The notes under the pieces are model-generated. The model ran no database searches. It was not told the origin of the DNA and worked only from the letters and a program-made list of their open reading frames with translations. A stretch of 64,000 nt of DNA from Alphaproteobacteria bacterium (GTDB taxonomy: Bacteria; Pseudomonadota; Alphaproteobacteria; MPNO01): assembly GCA_964291675.2 (NCBI GenBank), contig OZ219866.1:3392001-3456000 (forward strand). Direction: 5' to 3'. The position numbers and the translations under genes are program-made. This document shows, in pieces, positions 30,953-42,267 of this stretch (its first letter is position 1; the number at the start of each line of letters is the position of its first letter).

Positions 30953-32005
30953 ATGAACTCAGCGACTTCGAGACGGCGTTTCCTTCAGACCACGGCGCTC
31001 GGCGGGATGGCCGCGGCCGTCGGATCGTCCGGGTGGATCGCGCCCGCCTTCGCCGCCGACCCGCTCCGCGTGACGCATTACGGCGGCCCGTACCGGGCGC
31101 TGGAAAAGCTCGTCGGGCAGACCTTCGAGAAGGCGGGTCACGGTCGCGTCGAGTACGAGCAGGACCAGCCCGGGCTGATCATCAGCAAGTGGAAGGCGCA
31201 GCCCGACGATCCGATCTACGACATCGGCTTCCTGACGAGGGATCCGACGGTCCGCGCCGGCAATGCCGGGCTGGTCGAGATCCTGTCGGACGCCGACATC
31301 CCGCTGCTCAAGGAGTGCCGTCCCGGGACGCTCGCGCCCGGCGGCGCCGGCGTCGCGATGGTCTTCGACGCCGTCGACGTGGTCTACAACAAGGATGGCG
31401 TCGGCAACCCGGTCGACTCGTGGCTCGATCTGTGGCGCCCGGAGGTGCGCGGCAAGCTGATGCTGCCGGCCGCGCCGCTCAACAGCATGATCGCGGTGGT
31501 GCTGTGCAGCATCGCGCGCGCCATGGGCGGCGACGAGAAGACCGTCGACAAGATCTTCCCCAAGGTCGCCGAGCTCAAGCCGCACGTGCGGAGCTTCTTC
31601 GGCGATCCGAACCAGGTCACGCAGCTCATGGAGCGAAAGGAGGTCGTGATCGCGCCGCAATACAGCGCGCGCATCGGGCTCGCGATCTCGAAGAACGCCT
31701 TCCTCGCCCGCGGCACGCCCAAGGAGGGGGTGCCCTCGCAGCCCTACGACCTGGCGATCGCCAAGGGCTCGAAGCGGATGAAGCTCGCGAAGACCTATGT
31801 GAACTACACCCTCCGGCAGGACGTGCAGAAGGCGATCTGCTCGGCGATCCCGCTCACCCCGGCCAACAAGAACGTCGAGCTGGACGAAGAGTTCGCCAAG
31901 CTGATCATTCAGGATCCGAGCCGGCTGTTCGAGTACGATTACGCCTATGTGGCGAGCCGGCAGGCCGAGTGGGCGGACCGCTGGGCGCGGGAGATCGCGG
32001 GCTGA
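30953..32005 (+). CDS. Tat-exported ABC substrate-binding protein (PotD/polyamine-opine family)
   Basis: SRRRFLQ twin-arginine signal; VVYNKD...SWLDLWRPEVRGKL. Confidence 0.85.
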   Translation: MNSATSRRRFLQTTALGGMAAAVGSSGWIAPAFAADPLRVTHYGGPYRALEKLVGQTFEKAGHGRVEYEQDQPGLIISKWKAQPDDPIYDIGFLTRDPTVRAGNAGLVEILSDADIPLLKECRPGTLAPGGAGVAMVFDAVDVVYNKDGVGNPVDSWLDLWRPEVRGKLMLPAAPLNSMIAVVLCSIARAMGGDEKTVDKIFPKVAELKPHVRSFFGDPNQVTQLMERKEVVIAPQYSARIGLAISKNAFLARGTPKEGVPSQPYDLAIAKGSKRMKLAKTYVNYTLRQDVQKAICSAIPLTPANKNVELDEEFAKLIIQDPSRLFEYDYAYVASRQAEWADRWAREIAG

Positions 32006-32112
32006 CCGCAAACCCGGCGGCCTCCCGCGATGGCTGAGCGGCGGCCCGGCACGAGCTCGGGCCGCCGGGTCCCGGCTCGTTCCGGGGGCGCGATGCGCCG
32101 GGCGGTGAGGAG

Positions 32113-33210
32113 ATGACCGGCGGGGCCGATACGATCGACCTCAGGGTCGAGGGCGTCGAAAAGTCCTTCGGCGCGGTCCGCGCCGTCCGCGACTGCAATC
32201 TCACCGTGCGGCGCGGCGAGATGGTCGCCCTGCTCGGGCCGAGCGGGTGCGGCAAGACCACGCTGCTCAACATCATCGCCGGCTTCGAGAGCTGCGACAG
32301 CGGCGATCTCCGGCTGCGCGGCGAGTCGCTGCGGGACATCCCGCCGAACCACCGCAATATCGGCATGGTGTTCCAGAACTACGCGCTGTTCCCGCATCTG
32401 ACGACCGCCGGCAATATCGGCTACGGGCTGGGCATCCGGCGCATGCCGGCCGGGGAGATCCGGGCGAGGGTCGCGGAGGTCGTCGACCTGCTCAAGCTCA
32501 ACGGGCTGGAGGAACGCTACCCGTCCGAGCTGAGCGGCGGCCAGCAGCAGCGCGTCGCCATCGCCCGGGCGCTTGCCGTCAGACCGGTGATGCTGCTGCT
32601 GGACGAGGCGCTGAGCGCGCTCGACAAGAATCTGCGGGAACAGATGCAGGTGGAGCTGTCGATCCTGCTGCGTCAGCTCGGCATCACCACCATCATCGTC
32701 ACTCACGACCAGCGCGAGGCCTTCACCATCGCCGACCGGATCGCGGTCATGAGCGACGGCGAAATACTCCAGATCGGCCCGCCCGAGGCAATCTATTCCG
32801 ACCCCAAATCCTCCTTCGTGCTGGAATTCGTGGGCTCCGCCAACACGTTGAGAGGGGTGACCGCCGCGGCCGGTTCGGGACTCGCGGTCAAGGCGGATTG
32901 CGGGCTGACGCTGCCGGTGACGGACGACCGGCTCTTCCAGCGCGGAAGGCGGGTCAACATCTATGTGCGCGCGGAGGATATCGCGCTGTCTTCCGAGCCC
33001 ACGTCGGTGCACAGGGACAATCCCGGGACCGTTTCGCTTGCCCGGTTCATGGGCGCCACCAAACGGCAGGCGATCGATCTGGGCGGCGAGCAGGTGGTGC
33101 TGGACGGCCCGTCCAGCGGGGCGTCCGCGCGGTTCGACGTGGGCGATCGGGTCTATATCGATATCGCGCCCGAGCGCTGCTACGTGCTGCCCGCCGAGCC
33201 GCCCGCCTGA
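32113..33210 (+). CDS. ABC ATP-binding protein (PotA-like, TOBE domain)
   Basis: GPSGCGKTT, FQNYALFPH, LSGGQQQR, LLLDE. Confidence 0.92.
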   Translation: MTGGADTIDLRVEGVEKSFGAVRAVRDCNLTVRRGEMVALLGPSGCGKTTLLNIIAGFESCDSGDLRLRGESLRDIPPNHRNIGMVFQNYALFPHLTTAGNIGYGLGIRRMPAGEIRARVAEVVDLLKLNGLEERYPSELSGGQQQRVAIARALAVRPVMLLLDEALSALDKNLREQMQVELSILLRQLGITTIIVTHDQREAFTIADRIAVMSDGEILQIGPPEAIYSDPKSSFVLEFVGSANTLRGVTAAAGSGLAVKADCGLTLPVTDDRLFQRGRRVNIYVRAEDIALSSEPTSVHRDNPGTVSLARFMGATKRQAIDLGGEQVVLDGPSSGASARFDVGDRVYIDIAPERCYVLPAEPPA

Positions 33211-33212
33211 CC

Positions 33213-34136
33213 GTGGCCGGCGCCGCCGATTCGGCACGAGACCCGTCGAGAGCCGGGGCCCTGAGCCGCTGGCTGTTCCGCCGGCAGCAGCGCTACGCGT
33301 GGCTGCTGCTGGTTCCGGTGCTGACGATCCTGGTTCCGCTGTTCCTGTTTCCGCTCGCGGTCCTGCTGCGCAACAGCCTCAACTGGGACGATCCGAGCGC
33401 GATCATGGTCGCGGATTTCTCGTTCGCAAACTACGCCAGGATCCTGACCGACGGCTACTACGCGAGCCTGTTCGGCAACAGCATGCTGATCGCCGTGGGG
33501 GTGGCCGTCATCACCCTCGTCATCGGCTACCCGTTCGCCTACTACCTGGTCCGCTGGGCCGGGGAGAGGCGCAATCTCCTGCTCTGGATCATCTACACGC
33601 CGCTCCTCGTCAGCGTGATAACCCGGGTCTTCGGCTGGATGATCATCACCGCCGACAGCGGGCTCATCAACACCGTGCTGATCGCCCTCGGCATAACCGA
33701 AGGGCCGGTGCATATCCTGTTCGAGGTCAGCGGCATGGTCATCGGCATGGTCCACCGCTACCTGCCGCTGATGATCCTGCCGCTCGCCAATTCGATCGCC
33801 AAGATCGATGTCAGGATTCTGCTGGCCTCCACCAGCCTGGGCGCGGGCTCGGCGGCGACATTCGCGCGGGTGATCGTGCCGTTGAGCCTTCCGGGCATCT
33901 TCGCCGGGCTGCAGCTCGTGATCGCCGTCGTGTTGAGCGACTTCGTCCTGCCGACGCTGCTCGGCACGACGCGCTTCCGCATGCTGGCGCCGGCGATCTA
34001 CGACGAGGCGATCGCCAATCTACGCTGGGCGAACTCGGCCGCCATGGCCATCCTGATGGTGGCCCTGGTGGTCCTCGTCCTGCTGTCCATGAACCTGGTG
34101 CTGCGCCGCGCGGCGCCGTGGGCCAAGAGCTTCTGA
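33213..34136 (+). CDS. ABC permease (PotB-like)
   Basis: IGYPFAYYL, GLINTVL, SLGAG...FARVIVPLSLPG. Confidence 0.88.
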   Translation: MAGAADSARDPSRAGALSRWLFRRQQRYAWLLLVPVLTILVPLFLFPLAVLLRNSLNWDDPSAIMVADFSFANYARILTDGYYASLFGNSMLIAVGVAVITLVIGYPFAYYLVRWAGERRNLLLWIIYTPLLVSVITRVFGWMIITADSGLINTVLIALGITEGPVHILFEVSGMVIGMVHRYLPLMILPLANSIAKIDVRILLASTSLGAGSAATFARVIVPLSLPGIFAGLQLVIAVVLSDFVLPTLLGTTRFRMLAPAIYDEAIANLRWANSAAMAILMVALVVLVLLSMNLVLRRAAPWAKSF

Positions 34137-34161
34137 TGCGGCGGCGGCGGGAGAGGACGGG

Positions 34162-34950
34162 ATGAGCAGGGCGGCGCCCCCCTTGCTGACCGCCTATGTC
34201 GGGTTGGTGACCGTCTTCCTGCTGGGACCCATCGTGGTCGCCATCGTGCTGTCGTTCAGCAATGTCTCGCAGCTGGTGTTTCCGCCGCCCGGCTTCAGCC
34301 TCCAATGGTACGAGGTGGCGTGGGACAATCGCAAATTCGTCGACGGTTTCGTGGTCAGCACGATCATCGCGGCCATCAGCAGCGCGATGGCGGGGGTGGC
34401 GGGAACGCTGGCGGCGATTGCCATCAACAACTACCGCTTCTTCGGGCGCTCGGCGGTTCAGTCCCTGGTGATCATGCCGCTGATCATCCCGGCGGTGGTG
34501 GTCGGGCTCGGGCTGCTGCAAACCCTGTCCTCGGTCGGCATTCGCCCCGGCATCCTTGCCGCGTCGCTCGGGCACAGCATCATCGGGATACCCTATGTCG
34601 TCTATCTGGTCCTTGCCGCCCTGTCCGGATACGACATCCGGCTGGAGCACGCCGCGCAGTCGCTCGGGGCTTCGCGGCTGAGGACCTTCCTCGACATCAC
34701 CTATCCGGCCGTCCGGCCCGGCATGATCGCGGGCGTCGCCTTCGCCTTCCTGATGTCCTTCGACAATGTCGCGATGTCGATCTTCCTCGCGCGCGGGAAC
34801 CCGCTGCCGCTGCGCCTGATGCAGCACATCCAGTACTACGCCGATCCCAGCGTGGCGGCGGTATCGACGGTTCTCGTGGCGATCTCGCTGGTCGGGCTCG
34901 TCCTGTTCGGACGGATGCTGCGCAAGCGGGACATCGGCAATCTCGCCTGA
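34162..34950 (+). CDS. ABC permease (PotC-like)
   Basis: FPPPGFSLQWY, LEHAAQSLGASRLRTF, AFLMSFD. Confidence 0.9.
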   Translation: MSRAAPPLLTAYVGLVTVFLLGPIVVAIVLSFSNVSQLVFPPPGFSLQWYEVAWDNRKFVDGFVVSTIIAAISSAMAGVAGTLAAIAINNYRFFGRSAVQSLVIMPLIIPAVVVGLGLLQTLSSVGIRPGILAASLGHSIIGIPYVVYLVLAALSGYDIRLEHAAQSLGASRLRTFLDITYPAVRPGMIAGVAFAFLMSFDNVAMSIFLARGNPLPLRLMQHIQYYADPSVAAVSTVLVAISLVGLVLFGRMLRKRDIGNLA

Positions 34951-35019
34951 ACCCAAGGCGGCTGCGGTCTTCTCCGGCCGTGCAATATGCCTTCGGAACC
35001 CCGCAGTCGGACGTTCCGC

Positions 35020-36255
35020 CTAGCCGGCCGCCAGGGCGGCCATGCGCTGGCGGTCGAGCACGGCCCCGTGGCTCACCACATGGACCGGCGCGCTGTGGTT
35101 GCGCAGCGCCTCGACCGTGTTCGGTTCCCCCAGCACCACCAGATGAGCGGGATTGCCCGGCGCCAGGGCGAAATCCGCGACATTCATCGCGCGCGCGGCA
35201 TCCACCGTCACCAAGTCGTAGAGCCGGTCGATCTCCTCGCGTGCCGTCATCCAGAGAAGGTGCGAGGCGAGGAACGCCACCTCCAGCATGTTGTTGCGGC
35301 CGAACGGGTAGTAGGCGTCCGAGATGTCGTCCTGGCCGAGGCAGACCAGGACGCCGTCTTCGAGGAATTCCTTCACCCGCGCGTGCAGGGGGCCCGTATG
35401 GGGGTCGCTCACCACCGGGACCCGGGCGCGCTTGAGGATCGCCGAGAGGCGCTTGAAATAGGCCTCCGGGTAGAGCGCCATGGCGCGGCAGTGATGCGCC
35501 AGCGCGCGGCCCTCCCAGCCGCGCTCGATCGCCTCGACGGCCATCGTCTCGAGCGTGCGCAGCCCCGGATCGCCGGCGTCGTCGAGCAGCATCGAGACGT
35601 CCTTGTCGAATTCCGCCGCGAGGTCGAAACAGACCCGTATATGCGCGGCGGCGTCGGCCTCGGTGAACTCGATCCAGGGTATCCCTCCCACCACGTCGGC
35701 GCCCATCTCCATCGCCTCGCGCATCAGCGCATCGGCGCCCGGCTCGCGGACGATGCCGTCCTGGGCGAAGGCGACGACCTGGATGTCGACGATGCCGCGG
35801 AACTCGTCCCTGACCGCCAGCAGCCCCTTCACCCCTTCGAGCCGCGCCTTGGTGTCCACGTCGGCGAAGGCGCGGATGTGCAGATTGCCGTGCAGCGCCG
35901 CGAGCGCGGCCGCGCGCCTGGCGTTGTCGGTGATCCAGGACGCGTCGTACTTCTCCTTGACCAGGCTCGCGAGCTCGATGGCGGTCATCGTCTTGCCCAT
36001 CTGGCCCTCGCGATAGGCCTTGAGCGCGTCGTCCTGCATCATCTCCAGCGTCCACACCTTGCACATGTGGAGATGCGGATTGGCGAAGGACTCGGTGACC
36101 AGCCCGCCCGCCGCGTCTATCTCGGTGTCCGCCGCGACGTCGAGCGCGGGAGCGATTTCGGCGATCTTGCCGCCGGCGATGGCGATGTCGCGCAGCCCTT
36201 CCGCCTGCCGGCGAAGACGCGCGTTTCGGATCAGGATGTCGCAGTTTTCAGGCAC
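35020..36255 (-). CDS. Metal-dependent amidohydrolase, cytosine/creatinine deaminase-like
   Basis: NPHLHMCK, IQVVAFAQDG, ADVVGGIP, LGQDDISDAYYPFG. Confidence 0.85.
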   Translation of the reverse strand: MPENCDILIRNARLRRQAEGLRDIAIAGGKIAEIAPALDVAADTEIDAAGGLVTESFANPHLHMCKVWTLEMMQDDALKAYREGQMGKTMTAIELASLVKEKYDASWITDNARRAAALAALHGNLHIRAFADVDTKARLEGVKGLLAVRDEFRGIVDIQVVAFAQDGIVREPGADALMREAMEMGADVVGGIPWIEFTEADAAAHIRVCFDLAAEFDKDVSMLLDDAGDPGLRTLETMAVEAIERGWEGRALAHHCRAMALYPEAYFKRLSAILKRARVPVVSDPHTGPLHARVKEFLEDGVLVCLGQDDISDAYYPFGRNNMLEVAFLASHLLWMTAREEIDRLYDLVTVDAARAMNVADFALAPGNPAHLVVLGEPNTVEALRNHSAPVHVVSHGAVLDRQRMAALAAG

Positions 36256-36278
36256 CGTCTCTCTCCGGGGCTGTGTGG

Positions 36279-37103
36279 TCAGGCGAGGCGCGAGGCGTAG
36301 GCGCGCAGGTACTCGTCGCGGCGCGCCTCGACCCGGGTTCGGATCTTGTCCCCCGAGGCGCTCATCTCCGCGAGGTCGGCATTGGACAGCGTCCCGGTCA
36401 GGACCGCCTGGAAGCTCGCCCGCGACTTGATCCGGCCCCACCAGGCCGCGGTCGCCGGACGGCCGGCGGTCCAGACATCGAGCAGACCGAGATACTCGGC
36501 GCGGGCGAAATAGGGCGTCACCGCCGCCTCGGCGAGCGTGTACCGGTCCCCGGCGAGCCAGCTCCCGGTCTTCGCCAGCCGGGCCTCCAGGTCCCGGACC
36601 AGCCTCTCATGGGCGGCGACGGCTCTGAACGCGAAGCGCGAGGCGACGCCGTCCTCCACCGAAGACCGGTAGAAATCCTCGCGGCCCGGGTTGCCGACAT
36701 TGCGAAACCGCTTCTCCCGTTCCGCCTCTTCCATGGCCAGCATGCGGTCGCGGAACATGGCGCAGAAGCTCAGCACCGAGCCGGCTTCGTGGATCTCCTC
36801 GTCGACCAGCTTGGTCCATTGCCGGACTTCAGCGCGCCCGGCCGGATCGCCGGGCATCAGCGGCGGGGCGGGGAAGGTCTCTTCCAGATATTCGCAGATG
36901 ACGGTCGACTCGACGATCGTCGCGCCGTCATGCACCAGGGTCGGCACCACGCCGCGCGGGTTTATGCGGAGATAGTCCGGGTCGTACTGCGCGCTCAGGA
37001 ACAGCGGAACCGTCACGGTCTCGTAGTCGAGACCCTTCTCGGCCAGGACCAGCTCGACCTTGTGGCAACAGACCGCGTTATGGTCGCGGTAGAGTGTCAG
37101 CAT
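36279..37103 (-). CDS. Glutathione S-transferase family protein
   Basis: AVCCHKVELVLAEKG, INPRGVVP, ESTVICEYLEE, WLAGDRYTLAE. Confidence 0.88.
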   Translation of the reverse strand: MLTLYRDHNAVCCHKVELVLAEKGLDYETVTVPLFLSAQYDPDYLRINPRGVVPTLVHDGATIVESTVICEYLEETFPAPPLMPGDPAGRAEVRQWTKLVDEEIHEAGSVLSFCAMFRDRMLAMEEAEREKRFRNVGNPGREDFYRSSVEDGVASRFAFRAVAAHERLVRDLEARLAKTGSWLAGDRYTLAEAAVTPYFARAEYLGLLDVWTAGRPATAAWWGRIKSRASFQAVLTGTLSNADLAEMSASGDKIRTRVEARRDEYLRAYASRLA

Positions 37104-37253
37104 GACGGGCGGGCGCTCCTGCGCGGGACGGCGTCGGCGAATTCTGGAAAGGCGAGGTCCGCCCCGCAAGGGGCATCTATTGACGCGGACTCGCCGCGAC
37201 CTACACTTTTGCCGGCCTTGTAGAACGACAACAACCCACCGGAGGAACGGCCA

Positions 37254-38276
37254 ATGCGAGACGAATCCAACCCATTCGGTACGAGGACCCTGCTCGCGGT
37301 TTGCGCCGCCGCCGGTCTTGCCCTGTCGGCAAGCGCGGCCGGCGCGGAGAAGCTCAAGGTGGCGCTGGCGCTGCCCGGCGCCGTCAGCGACAAGGGCTTC
37401 AACGCCAGCGCGCATGCCGGGCTGATGCTGATCGAGAAGACCCTGGGCGACAAGGTCGAGGTGGCGTTCTCGGAGAGCGTCAAGCGGCCCGATTTCGTCG
37501 CCACGCTGCGCGACTACGCCAATCGGGGCTACAACGTGATCTACGCGCACGGCTTCCAGTGGGGCGACGCCATCGCCAAGGTCGCCGCCGAGAACCCCGA
37601 CAAGCACTTCTTCAACACCTACGGCTCGGGCAAGGCCGGGAACCTCGCCAATCTCTACGTCTCGTTCCAGGAGCTGTTCTACGTGACCGGCCAGTTGGCG
37701 GCGAGGCTCAGCAAGGCCGATGTCATCGGCGCGGTCGGCGGCTGGGAGATCCCGCCGATCCGCATCCAGGTCGACGCCTTCCGCCAGGGCGTGCTGGCGG
37801 CCAAGCCCAAGGCGAAGTTCGTCGCGATCTACACCGGCACCTTCTATGACGCCGTCAAGGGCAAGGAGGCGGCGCGCGCGGTGATCTCGCAGGGCGCCGA
37901 TATCGTCGCCCACATGGCGGACGCGACGGGTCTCGGCGTGATCCAGGCGGCGAAGGAGAAGAAGGTGCCGGTGATCGGCTATTTCGCCGACCAGCGGAGC
38001 CTCGCCCCCGATCTCGTCGTCTCCTCGGCGGTGATCAAGGTCGACGACATGCTGCTCAAGTCGATCAAGTCGGTGATCGCCGGCAAGTTCAATCCGGGGC
38101 CCAACCGCTTCGGCCTCGCCTCCGGCGTGCTCGAGGTCGGGCCCTACGGTCCCATGGTTCCGGACAACGTGAAGGCCGAGATCGCCAAGCTGGTCGCCGA
38201 CATCAAGTCGGGCGCGGTCAAGGTCCCCGCGCCCAACGTGCCGGCGCTGATGAAGCAGAAGATCAACAAGATCTAG
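37254..38276 (+). CDS. BMP-family (nucleoside) ABC substrate-binding protein
   Basis: PGAVSDKGFNASA, YAHGFQW, AFRQG, QGADIV, GLGVIQAA. Confidence 0.88.
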   Translation: MRDESNPFGTRTLLAVCAAAGLALSASAAGAEKLKVALALPGAVSDKGFNASAHAGLMLIEKTLGDKVEVAFSESVKRPDFVATLRDYANRGYNVIYAHGFQWGDAIAKVAAENPDKHFFNTYGSGKAGNLANLYVSFQELFYVTGQLAARLSKADVIGAVGGWEIPPIRIQVDAFRQGVLAAKPKAKFVAIYTGTFYDAVKGKEAARAVISQGADIVAHMADATGLGVIQAAKEKKVPVIGYFADQRSLAPDLVVSSAVIKVDDMLLKSIKSVIAGKFNPGPNRFGLASGVLEVGPYGPMVPDNVKAEIAKLVADIKSGAVKVPAPNVPALMKQKINKI

Positions 38277-38351
38277 CCCGGCCGGCAGCGTGACAGCGCC
38301 CGCCGCCCCGGGGCGGCGGGCGTCTTCGTTGCGTGTCTCGGGAACCTGCCG

Positions 38352-39874
<1,523 letters not shown>

Positions 39875-39878
<4 letters not shown>

Positions 39879-40927
39879 GCCAGGCCGCGGCCGCGCGCAT
39901 CCCCGAGGCGCTGCGCGCGACATCGATTTCGCTCGCCGCGATCGCGCTCGCCCTGGCCGCGAGCGCGGTGCTGATCCTGCTCGCCGGCGCCGACCCTCTC
40001 GCCGCCTATTGGGCGCTGCTGCAAGGCGCCGTCGGAGACGGGTTCGCGCTCGGAAACACGCTCGCGCGCACCACCCCGCTGATCTTCACCGGCCTTGCCG
40101 TGGCCTTCGCCTTCCGCTGCAACCTGCTCAATATCGGCGCCGAGGGGCAGCTCTACGCCGGCGCGCTGGCGAGCGTGGTCATCGGGATCTACCTGACCGG
40201 CCTGCCGGCGGTCCTCCACATCGCGCTCGCCATCGCCGGCGGGTTCCTGGCCGGCGCCGCGTGGGGCGGGATCGCGGGCTATCTGCGGTCCGCGCGCGGC
40301 ATCAACGAGATCATCTCGACGATCATGCTCAACTTCGTCGCGATATTCTTCGTGAGCTACCTGGTCCACGGCCCGCTGGCCGAGCCTCCCGGCTTCTTCC
40401 ACCAGACGGCCATGGTCGCCGAGAGCGCGCGGCTTCCGGTGCTGTACGCCAAGTCGGACCTCTCGATCGCCATCTTCATCGCCGTCGGTTTCGCCCTCGT
40501 CACAGCCTATGTGCTGTGGCGCACGCCGTTCGGGCTGAAGCTGCGCGCGGTCGGCGAATCGACGGGAACCGCGCGCTTCGCCGGGGTGCCGGTCAACCGC
40601 TACGTGTTCGGCGCGATGAGCGTCTCCGGCGGGCTCGCGGGGCTCGCCGGCACCACCGAGATGATCGGCGGCCAGTACCGGCTGCTCGACTTCTTCTCCC
40701 CGGGCTACGGGTTCGATGGAATCGCGGTGGCGTTCCTCGGCCGGTCCGATCCCATCGGCGTGGTGTTTGCGGCCTTCCTGTTCGCCGCCCTCCGGGTCGG
40801 CGCCAACCAGATGCAGAGGACGACCGGGCTGCCGACCTCGCTGATCCTGGTGATCCAGGGCATGGTCATCCTGTTCATCCTCGGCGTCGCGGTGCTCGAA
40901 TGGCACCGCCGGCGCAGGCGCGGTTGA
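39875..40927 (+). CDS. Nucleoside ABC permease
   Basis: PLIFTGLAVAFAFR..LLNIGAEGQ, GYGFDGIAVA. Confidence 0.9.
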
Positions 40928-40936
40928 GGGGCGGCG

Positions 40937-41869
40937 ATGGAGGTGTTGTTCGGCCTGCTCGACCCCGACTACTTCGCCGCCACGATCCGGCTGGCGACGC
41001 CGCTGCTGTTCGCCACGCTCGGCGGCATCCTCAACGAGCGCGCGGGCATCATCAATATCGGCCTCGAAGGCACCATGCTGATGGCCGCGCTTACCGGGGT
41101 GTTCGGCGCCTGGTTCATCGGCTCGCCGTGGCTGGGCTTCGCCTGCGGGGTGGTTGCCGGCGCCCTGATCGCCTGGATTCACGCCTTCGTCTCGATATCC
41201 CTGGGCGCCAACCAGATCGTCTCGGGCACGGCGATAAACCTGCTTGGCCTCGGCCTGTCGAGCTTCCTGATCCGCATCGTCTTCGGGCTCAAGGAACAAC
41301 AGCGGGTGGTGCCCCATTTCGATCCCGTCTCGCTGCCGTTGCTGGCCGACCTTCCCCTCCTCGGACCGGTTCTATTCCACCAGCATGCCTTGGTTTATGT
41401 CGCCTTCCTGCTGGTCCCCGTCCTCTGGGTGATCCTCTACAGGACGCGCTGGGGGCTGATGATCACCGCCACCGGCGAGCACCCGCATGCCGCCTCGTCG
41501 GTCGGCGTCGATCCCCTGCGGGTGCGCTATGCCTGCACGGTGCTGTCCGGCGCGCTGGCCGGCGCCGGCGGGGCGTTCCTCTCGCTCGGACAGCTGCACT
41601 TCTTTCAGGACGAGATGGTCGCCGGGCGCGGCTTCATCGCGCTGGCGGCGCTGATCTTCGGGCGCTGGAACCCGGTTGGCGGCATGATCGCCTGCCTGAT
41701 CTTCGGCGGTGCGGATGCCCTTCAATTCCGCGGACAGGCGGTCGGGCTCGACATCCCGCACCAGTTCATGCTGATGTTTCCTTATGTGCTGACGCTCGCC
41801 ATTCTCATCGTCGTCGGCGGCAAGAGCCAGGGACCCGCCGCGATCGGGATGCCCTATCGCAGGGGCTGA
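40937..41869 (+). CDS. Nucleoside ABC permease
   Basis: ERAGIINIGLEG, GRGFIALAALIFGRWNP, FPYVLT. Confidence 0.9.
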   Translation: MEVLFGLLDPDYFAATIRLATPLLFATLGGILNERAGIINIGLEGTMLMAALTGVFGAWFIGSPWLGFACGVVAGALIAWIHAFVSISLGANQIVSGTAINLLGLGLSSFLIRIVFGLKEQQRVVPHFDPVSLPLLADLPLLGPVLFHQHALVYVAFLLVPVLWVILYRTRWGLMITATGEHPHAASSVGVDPLRVRYACTVLSGALAGAGGAFLSLGQLHFFQDEMVAGRGFIALAALIFGRWNPVGGMIACLIFGGADALQFRGQAVGLDIPHQFMLMFPYVLTLAILIVVGGKSQGPAAIGMPYRRG

Positions 41870-41887
41870 TCCGGCGTGGGGCGAAAG

Positions 41888-42093
41888 GTTCATGGTGGCG
41901 GCCGATGCGCTGCCCGAGATCGCGCCGGTGCCGATCTTCTACATCTGGCTCGGCGACGAAGCCTCGATCCATGCCATGGCGGTGGCGATCGCGCTGTTCA
42001 TCGCCATCCTCGCGGCGATCTCGACGGCGATGTACCCGATCGTCCTCTATGTCGAGAACCGGGTGATGCAGCACCGGCAACAGCCGGTCCGCC
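41888..42093 (+). pseudogene. Degenerate, internally deleted duplicate of the 3' part of the permease at 27690-28538
   Basis: Aligns to 28073-28195 + 28466-28549 with 12 substitutions; 270-bp deletion at the ATCACCATCCT microhomology. Confidence 0.9.
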
Positions 42094-42136
42094 GCGCGCC
42101 CGAGGCCGCGCTTTGCCGTCAGGTCACCGATTTCGC

Positions 42137-42213
42137 TGGTCGGAGTGAGTGGATTCGAACCACCGGCCCCTGCCTCCCGAAGACAGTGCTCTACCAGGCT
42201 GAGCTACACTCCG
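42137..42213 (-). tRNA. tRNA-Pro (anticodon CGG)
   Basis: CGGAGTGTAGCTCAGCCTGGTAGAGCACTGTCTTCGGGAGGCAGGGGCCGGTGGTTCGAATCCACTCACTCCGACCA; 77 nt with encoded CCA. Confidence 0.97.
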
Positions 42214-42267
42214 AATTCCAGCGGAAGAGGGTTATAGACCCTGCCGATTCGCCCGGCAAGGACCGCT

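Noticed and set aside
41888-42093. Template/variable repeat pair of a diversity-generating retroelement (an RT is present in the window)
   Set aside because: Differences are T->C and A->G transitions on the same strand, not adenine-specific A->N changes, and the RT is a group II intron maturase flanked by domains V and VI.
42137-42213. Classical integrase-mediated island with a duplicated tRNA-Pro 3' end
   Set aside because: No second copy of the tRNA 3' end and no integrase gene were seen in the window.
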